The translations under genes were made by a program, and so were the position numbers. From positions 1 to 14,575 of the forward strand of contig JAZDPL010000078.1 of the NCBI GenBank assembly GCA_043797665.1: a stretch of DNA of 14,575 nucleotides, in the 5' to 3' direction. Below the pieces are notes generated by a model. That model was not told the DNA's origin. It worked only from the letters and a program-made list of their open reading frames with translations, and searched no databases. Numbering within the stretch: the first letter of the stretch is position 1; the number at the start of each line of letters is the position of its first letter. Below, piece after piece: positions 6,464 through 12,617 of the stretch. Origin of the DNA: Candidatus Omnitrophota bacterium. Lineage in GTDB: Bacteria; Ratteibacteria; UBA8468; MWAK01.

Positions 6464-8272
6464 ATGATGATTAATCCCATTTTTTGTCCGATTATTTTGC
6501 CTTTTATCTTTGGCCTGCTTATCCTGGGGTTGCCGTCCCGGTGGGCAAAAGGGACTGCCTTAGTAGGCAGCGGTTTGAACCTTTTGGTTTGTGGTGTACT
6601 CTTTGCCTGGAAACCGTTATCTTATACCGGTCTTGGCAGCCATACCCTTCTGATTCTGGATACGTTGCCCGCTTCCATTCTTCTCTTTTCGGCAATCTTT
6701 GGCGTTCTGGCGGTCTTATACTCTCCGGCATACTTAAGTAAAGATATCCCCGCAAAAGAATATTACGCCTACTTCCTCTGGGCTTTGGCGGGTACCGCGG
6801 GCACGATTTCCGCCGGCCATCTTCTCATTTTTCTTATCTTCTGGAATATATTAGGATTAGTTCTTTATCTCCTGCTTAACCTCTCACCGACGGAAAAGGC
6901 GGCCGCCAGCGCCAAAAAGACCCTGATTATTTTAGGCGGAACCGATTCCCTTTTTATTTTAGGATTTGCCCTAATTTTCTTTCTTACCGGTAACCTGTAT
7001 TTTGAAGGGATACCGATTAGATTGGATAACGGATTGGCTTATCTGGCGTTTTTCAGTCTGGTTTCCGCCGCCTTTGCCAAAGCCGGCGCCTTTCCTTTCC
7101 ATACCTGGCTGCCGGAGATAGCGGAGCCAACACCGGCGCCAATCTTAGCATTTTTGCCGGCTTCCCTGGACAAATTAGTTGGAATCTACTTCCTCTTCCG
7201 AATCTGCCAGAGTATCTTCTCCTTGAGTTTCCTTGCCCAGACCATCCTTTTAGTCCTTGGTGCGGCCACCATCATCTTTGCGGTAATGATGGCTTTAGTT
7301 CAACATAACTTCAAGAAACTTCTTTCCTACCACGCGGTCAGCCAGGTAGGGTATATGGTCATGGGTATCGCAACCAATAATCCCCTGGGAATTGCCGGAG
7401 GCCTATTTCATATGTTCAATCACGCTATCTATAAACAGGGGCTCTTTTTTGCCGGCGGTAACGTAGAGAAGGTAACCGGTTCCACCGAGATTGAGGATTT
7501 GGGTAACCTGGGTCCGAAGATGCGCTGGACCTTCCTTTCTTTTCTGGTTCTTTCTCTGGCTATCGCCGGTGTGCCGCCGCTTAACGGTTTTTATTCCAAG
7601 TGGTTCATCTACCAGGGTTTGGTGGAGATGGGACAGAACGGCAATAAACTCTGGCTCGTCTGGATTACCGCCGCGATGTTCGGAAGCGTTTTGACTTTAG
7701 CCAGTTTTATGAAACTGATTCACGCCATCTTTTTGGGTATGCCCAATGAACGGCTGAACCGGAAGGGTGTTAAAGAGGCACCGGTAACCATGCTTATTCC
7801 GCCGGTCTTCCTGGCAATTCTCTGTATCGTTTTTGGCGTTCTGGCGTACCGCTTTCCGTTACCGAAGTTTATTCTGCCGGCCGTGGGTAGCGTAAATATT
7901 ATTGGTTTGTGGCATCCGGGGATGGCTACCTTTTTAATTCTAATTGGCCTGGTCCTGGGGCTCTTTTTGTTCGGTATCGGCCGGCTGAAGAAGATTCGTT
8001 TGACACCAATCTATACCGGCGGCGAACCCGCAGATTTACATTTCCGTCCAACCGGTAAGACGTTTTACGAGACGATTCGGGAGATTGGTTTTATTAAAAC
8101 GGTCTACCGGCTGGCTGAGGAGAAACTCTTTGATATCTACGAGATAGGAAAAGAACTTGTCTTTACGGTTTCCGGAGGTCTGCGGAAGATGCACAACGGT
8201 ATTCTGCCCAATTACCTCTCCTGGGTCATTGGCGGTCTGGTTATCCTCCTCTGGGTGATGGGAGGTTTTTGA
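6464..8272 (+). CDS. Large antiporter-like membrane subunit (HyfB/HycC/MrpA/NuoL family) with C-terminal lateral-helix region
   Basis: AKAGAFPFHTWLP, KKLLSYHAVSQVGY, HMFNHAIYKQGLF, GVPPLNGFYSKW, YTGGE, C-terminal LRKMHNGILPNYLSW; 602 aa, hydrophobic. Confidence 0.92.
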   Translation: MMINPIFCPIILPFIFGLLILGLPSRWAKGTALVGSGLNLLVCGVLFAWKPLSYTGLGSHTLLILDTLPASILLFSAIFGVLAVLYSPAYLSKDIPAKEYYAYFLWALAGTAGTISAGHLLIFLIFWNILGLVLYLLLNLSPTEKAAASAKKTLIILGGTDSLFILGFALIFFLTGNLYFEGIPIRLDNGLAYLAFFSLVSAAFAKAGAFPFHTWLPEIAEPTPAPILAFLPASLDKLVGIYFLFRICQSIFSLSFLAQTILLVLGAATIIFAVMMALVQHNFKKLLSYHAVSQVGYMVMGIATNNPLGIAGGLFHMFNHAIYKQGLFFAGGNVEKVTGSTEIEDLGNLGPKMRWTFLSFLVLSLAIAGVPPLNGFYSKWFIYQGLVEMGQNGNKLWLVWITAAMFGSVLTLASFMKLIHAIFLGMPNERLNRKGVKEAPVTMLIPPVFLAILCIVFGVLAYRFPLPKFILPAVGSVNIIGLWHPGMATFLILIGLVLGLFLFGIGRLKKIRLTPIYTGGEPADLHFRPTGKTFYETIREIGFIKTVYRLAEEKLFDIYEIGKELVFTVSGGLRKMHNGILPNYLSWVIGGLVILLWVMGGF

Positions 8273-8823
8273 TGGAACTTTTGTTAGTTTTACTCCTGCT
8301 CTTTATGATTATTGGCGCCTTGAACGCCCTGGAGACCAAGGACCTGCTTTCGTCGGTCGTTTCATTAGGTGCGGTCGGTTTTGGTCTTTCCATCGCTTTT
8401 CTGTCGTTGGGTGCGCCGGATATCGCGATTGTCCAAATTGTGGTAGAAGTATTATCCCTCATTATCTTGATAAGGGCGACCATCCGTTACGATTTAACCA
8501 CGGTTGCTGAGGGCCGGGAGTTTTTCAGCCTTCTGGTAAGTCTTGTTTTACTCTTTGTGGTTTTTCTTTTTGGTCTGGAAGCGGTTAGGGTGTTGTCTCC
8601 TTTTGGAAAACCGGTGATGGATGTGGTCGCTTTCGCACCCAGCCGGTACTACTTAGCGAAAGGTTTAAGTGAGACCGGCGCCGCCAATATCATTACGGCG
8701 GTCATTTTAGATTACCGAGCCTACGATACCTTAGGGGAGGCTACGGTCCTTTTTACCGCTATCCTGGGTGCTCTGGCTGTTTTACGCAGCCGTCCCTTAA
8801 AAAAGAAGAAGGGCGAAGGGTAG
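8272..8823 (+). CDS. MbhD-MbhE-like fusion (equivalent to the MrpA C-terminal DUF4040 and MnhB-N region)
   Basis: LGAPDIAIVQIVVE and ETGAANIITAVILDYRAYDTLGEATVLF. ATG 8272 overlaps the previous stop (TGATG), with GGAGG at 8261-8265. Confidence 0.88.
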   Translation: MELLLVLLLLFMIIGALNALETKDLLSSVVSLGAVGFGLSIAFLSLGAPDIAIVQIVVEVLSLIILIRATIRYDLTTVAEGREFFSLLVSLVLLFVVFLFGLEAVRVLSPFGKPVMDVVAFAPSRYYLAKGLSETGAANIITAVILDYRAYDTLGEATVLFTAILGALAVLRSRPLKKKKGEG

Positions 8824-8830
8824 AAAAAAC

Positions 8831-8889
8831 GTAGGGGTTCAATTTATTGAACCCGAGAGATACGCGGGTCGGATGAATCCGACCCCTAC
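8831..8889. repeat. GTAG-type REP doublet copy 5
   Basis: GTAG-GGGTTCAA-TTTA-TTGAACCC, 11-nt spacer, GGGTCGGA-TGAA-TCCGACCC-CTAC. Confidence 0.9.
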
Positions 8890-8907
8890 ACTAAGTTAAG
8901 AATATTT

Positions 8908-9405
8908 ATGGAGACGAAGAAGGGTATGACTTTAATTGTCCGGACCGTAACCTCCTGGCTCAAGGGTTTTATCTTCCTTTACGGAGTCTATATCGTCTTT
9001 ACCGGACACCTCTCGCCCGGCGGCGGTTTTGCCGGTGGGGTTATTATCGCCTGTACCTTTGTCCTGGTTACCCTGGCTTTCGGTAAAGAGGTTGCCCTGG
9101 GGAAAATGGGTAAGTTGCTGGCTTCAGAGTTGGACAGTTTAGGTGCCATGATTTTTGCGGTCGTTGCCCTTTTGGGATATACGGGTGGTGTCTTTTTCCG
9201 CAATTTTATTCAAATGAACCATCCCGCGCCGCCTTTTAGAATTTTTTCCGCAGGTACCATCCTTCTTTCCAATATTGGGATTGGCATGAAGGTGGGTGCT
9301 TCTCTTTTTATGGTCTTTATCATCCTGGCGGTACTCCGAGTAATACCGGGTGAGGAAGGGGAGATGAAGATGGTACAGAAGAAAGAGGAAGAGGAGGAAG
9401 ACTGA
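8908..9405 (+). CDS. mnhB: MrpB/MnhB (MbhF-like) subunit
   Basis: GHLSPGGGFAGG signature; SAGTI..SNIGIGMKV. Confidence 0.9.
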   Translation: METKKGMTLIVRTVTSWLKGFIFLYGVYIVFTGHLSPGGGFAGGVIIACTFVLVTLAFGKEVALGKMGKLLASELDSLGAMIFAVVALLGYTGGVFFRNFIQMNHPAPPFRIFSAGTILLSNIGIGMKVGASLFMVFIILAVLRVIPGEEGEMKMVQKKEEEEED

Positions 9406-9752
9406 TGGTTTTTGCGCTCTGTTTTGTACTCTTTATGATTGGTCTTTACGGTGTCCTCAGTAAAAAGAATATCGTAAAGATTGTAATGGGATTGGTCATT
9501 ATGGAGTGTGCGGTCAACCTCTTCCTGATTTTGTTGGGGTATAAGAAGGGCGGCGTGGCACCCATTATTGAGCAAAAGACGAATCTGACCGACTTTCTGG
9601 CGCGCTCGGTTGACCCTTTGCCCCAGGCTTTGGTTCTTACTTCCATTGTCATCGGCTTAGGAGTGTTGGCGCTGATGGTTGCCATCTGCATTCGTATCTA
9701 TGAAAAGTACGGGACCTTTGACATCACTGAAATCCGGAGGTTAAAAGGATGA
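9405..9752 (+). CDS. mnhC: MrpC/MnhC (MbhG/NuoK-like) subunit
   Basis: KKNIVKIVMGL, AVNLFL, VDPLPQALVLTSIVIG, YGTFDI; TGATG overlap with the previous gene. Confidence 0.93.
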   Translation: MVFALCFVLFMIGLYGVLSKKNIVKIVMGLVIMECAVNLFLILLGYKKGGVAPIIEQKTNLTDFLARSVDPLPQALVLTSIVIGLGVLALMVAICIRIYEKYGTFDITEIRRLKG

Positions 9753-11233
9753 GTTTATTGCCTCTTTTTGTGGTTTTTCCGCTCTTTATGGCGTTTTTTA
9801 TTCCCATGGTGGGCCAGCGGGTGAAGTTATTACCGGACATTTTAGGTAATATTACCACGTTCTTACTCCTCCTTCTGTCTCTTTTTACTTTAGGGCTTTC
9901 CGGTACCTATGCGGTAGGCGGCTGGCCCGCACCCATTGGAATCATACTGGTACTGGATGGGTTTGCCAGCCTGATGCTCTTTATTGTTGCCTTAATCAGT
10001 TTTGCCGTTACCTTATATTCCGTAAACTACATGGAACTTTATACCTCCAAGACACGTTATTACAGCCTCTTTTTGCTGATGGTTGCCGGGATGAACGGCG
10101 TCATCATCACCGGTGACCTGTTCAACCTTTTCGTCTTTCTGGAAATTGCTTCAATCGCTTCCTATGCCCTGGTCGCCTTTGGATGCCAGCACGAAGAATT
10201 GGAGGCGTCTTTTAAGTACCTTGTCCTGGGAAGTATGGCTTCTACCTTTATTCTATTAGGTATCGCTTTCCTGTACGGAAGTTACGGGACCCTGAATTTG
10301 GCGCATTTAGCCTGCCAGATTTCGGAGATTGGAACTACCGCGGCGAGTAATTGTGCCCTATGTCTTTTTATGGCGGGTTTTGGTTTGAAGGCGGCTTTGG
10401 TTCCTTTTCATCCCTGGCTGCCTGATGCCCACCCTTCTGCACCCGCGCCAATTTCCGCCATGCTTTCCGGTCTGGTAATTAAAACGTTAGGAATCTACGC
10501 CCTGGCACGATTAGTCTTCAATGTCTTTGGACTTACTCCGGTGCTTTCTCAAATTCTTATTGTTTTCGGACTTCTTTCCATGGTGGTTGGTGTCTTCCTG
10601 GCGATTGGGCAGTGGGATTACAAAAGGCTGTTGGCATACCACAGTATCAGCCAGATCGGTTATGTTACCCTGGGGATAGGTTTAGGGACCCCTTTAGGTA
10701 TTCTGGGCGGTATCTTCCACCTTGTTAACCACTCGGTCTTTAAGTCTTTACTCTTCTTGAACGCCGGCTCGGTTGAATATACCTTAGGTACCAGAGATAT
10801 GACCAAAATGGGTGGACTGAAAGAACGGATGCCGGTTACCAACGGTACCGCCCTGACCGGGGCCTTTTCCATCGCGGGACTGCCGCCCTTTAACGGATTC
10901 TGGAGTAAACTGCTCATCATTATGGCTTGTGTACAGGCGAAAAGATTTTCCCTGGCCGGCTGGGCAGTTCTGGTAAGTGTTATCACGCTTGCTTCCTTTA
11001 TGAAAGTTCAGCGCTATGTCTATTTCGGGAAATTGAAAGAAGAATGGAAAGGGGTTTCTGAAGTTCCGCTGGCGATGAGAACCGCCATGATTTTACTGGC
11101 GGTCTTCTGCGTTCTGATGAGCCTCCTACTTCTTCCGGAGCCGCGGAGCCTTATCCTTACTCCGGCCGTCAATGCCCTTTTGTCCGGAAGAGCGGGATAT
11201 TTGCAGTTAACCTGGAGTTCATTTTTTAAATGA
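9749..11233 (+). CDS. mnhD: MrpD/MnhD (MbhH/NuoN-like) antiporter-like subunit
   Basis: GGWPAPIGI.LVLD, TGDLFNLFVFLEI, EASFKY, KAALVPFHPWLPDAH, KRLLAYHSISQIGY, NHSVFKSLLF, GLPPFNGFWSK. Confidence 0.94.
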   Translation: MSLLPLFVVFPLFMAFFIPMVGQRVKLLPDILGNITTFLLLLLSLFTLGLSGTYAVGGWPAPIGIILVLDGFASLMLFIVALISFAVTLYSVNYMELYTSKTRYYSLFLLMVAGMNGVIITGDLFNLFVFLEIASIASYALVAFGCQHEELEASFKYLVLGSMASTFILLGIAFLYGSYGTLNLAHLACQISEIGTTAASNCALCLFMAGFGLKAALVPFHPWLPDAHPSAPAPISAMLSGLVIKTLGIYALARLVFNVFGLTPVLSQILIVFGLLSMVVGVFLAIGQWDYKRLLAYHSISQIGYVTLGIGLGTPLGILGGIFHLVNHSVFKSLLFLNAGSVEYTLGTRDMTKMGGLKERMPVTNGTALTGAFSIAGLPPFNGFWSKLLIIMACVQAKRFSLAGWAVLVSVITLASFMKVQRYVYFGKLKEEWKGVSEVPLAMRTAMILLAVFCVLMSLLLLPEPRSLILTPAVNALLSGRAGYLQLTWSSFFK

Positions 11234-11235
11234 CA

Positions 11236-11335
11236 CCTGATACAAACGACTATTGTAGGGGCTCGATTTATCGAGCCCGCGGGTCGGATGAATCCGACCC
11301 CTACATCAACGGGGCTTGCCCCGGACTGCGTTAGG
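11236..11335. repeat. MITE-like composite: outer inverted-repeat remnants at both ends, REP doublet copy 6 (11255-11304) and a 14-bp palindrome (11310-11323)
   Basis: CCTGATACAAACG ... GTAG-GGGCTCGA-TTTA-TCGAGCCC-GC-GGGTCGGA-TGAA-TCCGACCC-CTAC ... CGGGGCTTGCCCCG ... TGCGTTAGG. Confidence 0.82.
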
Positions 11336-11345
11336 AGAACTTAGT

Positions 11346-11909
11346 ATGGTACGAAAGTTTATTCTTTACTTCTGTCTTTCTTATGCTGCCTGGTTGTTGC
11401 TGTACTGGCCGGTTGGCATCGGCCGGGTCGCCGGTTTACAGGCAATCCTGACCGGTATTGTCGTCGCGTTATTTGTAACCTTTGTCTTTGGTGAGGTGAA
11501 ATCCCCTTCAATCCCCCTTTTGCAAAGGGAAATCCCCCTCAATCCCCCTTTTGTAAAGGGGGAAGAAGGGGGATTAGAAATAAAACGCTATTTTTGGTTT
11601 CTCTATTATATTCCGATTTTTATCTATTACTGCATCGTAGCCAACTTGGATGTGGCTTACCGGGTCTTAAGCCCGGAGATGCCCATCAATCCTGGAATCG
11701 TCAAGGTCAAAACATCTTTGAAGAGCCGGGTCGGTCTTACCGCTCTGGCAAATTCAATTACCCTGACTCCGGGTACCATGACGGTGGACCTTTCCGAAGA
11801 TGGATATCTCTATATCCACTGGATTAACGTCCAGGCTCAGGATGTGGAAAAGGCAAGCCGGATTATTGTGAGCCAGTTTGAAAAGATTTTGCGCCGAATC
11901 TTTGAATAA
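11346..11909 (+). CDS. mnhE: MrpE/MnhE (MbhA-like) subunit carrying an in-frame repeat-derived loop
   Basis: ANLDVAYRVL, INPGIVKVKT, LANSITLTPGT, LYIHW. Start moved to ATG 11346 (AGGAG at 11333-11337). Confidence 0.93.
   Translation: MVRKFILYFCLSYAAWLLLYWPVGIGRVAGLQAILTGIVVALFVTFVFGEVKSPSIPLLQREIPLNPPFVKGEEGGLEIKRYFWFLYYIPIFIYYCIVANLDVAYRVLSPEMPINPGIVKVKTSLKSRVGLTALANSITLTPGTMTVDLSEDGYLYIHWINVQAQDVEKASRIIVSQFEKILRRIFE
11498..11575. repeat. Intragenic palindromic/tandem repeat (two 31-nt units plus a closing arm) inside mnhE
   Basis: GAAATCCCCTTCAATCCCCCTTTTGCAAAGG and GAAATCCCCCTCAATCCCCCTTTTGTAAAGG (29/31 identical), then GGGAAGAAGGGGGATT, which can pair with AATCCCCCT. Confidence 0.85.
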
Positions 11910-11944
11910 TTGAAACGTGATAAGTAAATTTACATAAGAATTGT

Positions 11945-12022
11945 GTAGGGGCTTGATTTATCAAGCCCGCGGGTCGGATTCATCCGACCCCTACGTCAAA
12001 TTATTTCATGCGTTTGTATTAG
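11945..12022. repeat. GTAG-type REP doublet copy 7 (11945-11994) plus right outer inverted repeat (11994-12022)
   Basis: GTAG-GGGCTTGA-TTTA-TCAAGCCC-GC-GGGTCGGA-TTCA-TCCGACCC-CTAC-GTCAAATTATTTCATGCGTTTGTATTAG. Confidence 0.9.
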
Positions 12023-12292
12023 GTGATTATGGAACTAATTACGGTCTATTTTGGGATATTGTTAATTGCCTCTTTCCTGTGTCTTTACCGGATCGGCCAC
12101 GGGCCCACGGTAGCGGACCGGGTGGTGGGCATGGATATTCTGGGTATCGTAGTGGTTGGTTTTTCTGCTTTAATCGCCCTGATGACCGGACAGGATTTTT
12201 ACATTACCATTGGTCTGGCCTGGACCTTGCTCAATTTCATCGGCACCCTCGCGTTGTCAAAATTTCTGGAAGGAAGAGGTTTTGATGAGTAA
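12023..12292 (+). CDS. mnhF: MrpF/MnhF (MbhB-like) subunit
   Basis: YRIGHGPTVADRVVGMD, FIGTLALSKFLEG. The start is GTG 12023 or ATG 12029. Confidence 0.9.
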   Translation: MIMELITVYFGILLIASFLCLYRIGHGPTVADRVVGMDILGIVVVGFSALIALMTGQDFYITIGLAWTLLNFIGTLALSKFLEGRGFDE

Positions 12293-12617
12293 TATTCTGA
12301 GTAATTTGGTAATCGGTATTGGAACACTCTTTGTCCTTTTTGGAACCATCGGTCTGGTCAGGTTGCCTGACCTTTATAACCGCCTGCAGGCCGCGACCAA
12401 ATGTGCCACCCTGGGGATATGTTCCATTCTTTTAGGCATTATCATCAGCCAGGGTATTTCTGCACTCAGTATGAAATCCTTGCTTTGCATCATCTTTTTG
12501 ATGATAACGTCTCCTACCGCGGCGCACGCTCTTGCCCGTGCGGCTCATATGTCCGGGGTTAAACTCTGGGAGAAGAGTGTCTGTGATAAGTATGCTGAAG
12601 ACAAAGAGGGTAAATGA
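12285..12617 (+). CDS. mnhG: MrpG/MnhG (MbhC-like) subunit
   Basis: IGLVRLPDLYNRLQAATKCATLG, TSPTAAHALARAA. Start moved to ATG 12285 (AGAGG upstream, overlaps the mnhF stop). Confidence 0.93.
   Translation: MSNILSNLVIGIGTLFVLFGTIGLVRLPDLYNRLQAATKCATLGICSILLGIIISQGISALSMKSLLCIIFLMITSPTAAHALARAAHMSGVKLWEKSVCDKYAEDKEGK

Noticed and set aside
9350..9405. Purine-rich run encoding KKEEEEED at the mnhB end
   Set aside because: It is explained as a low-complexity acidic tail that also supplies the GAGGAGG SD for mnhC.
549..11994. CRISPR array interpretation of the recurring palindromes
   Set aside because: Copies are dispersed in intergenic gaps, mostly hundreds to thousands of bases apart, are inverted doublets, and have no regular spacers or cas genes.
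8272..12617. Stand-alone Mrp Na+/H+ antiporter operon
   Set aside because: The genes are enclosed between hydrogenase core genes and the NuoI-like gene, with an ATGA overlap at 12614-12617.
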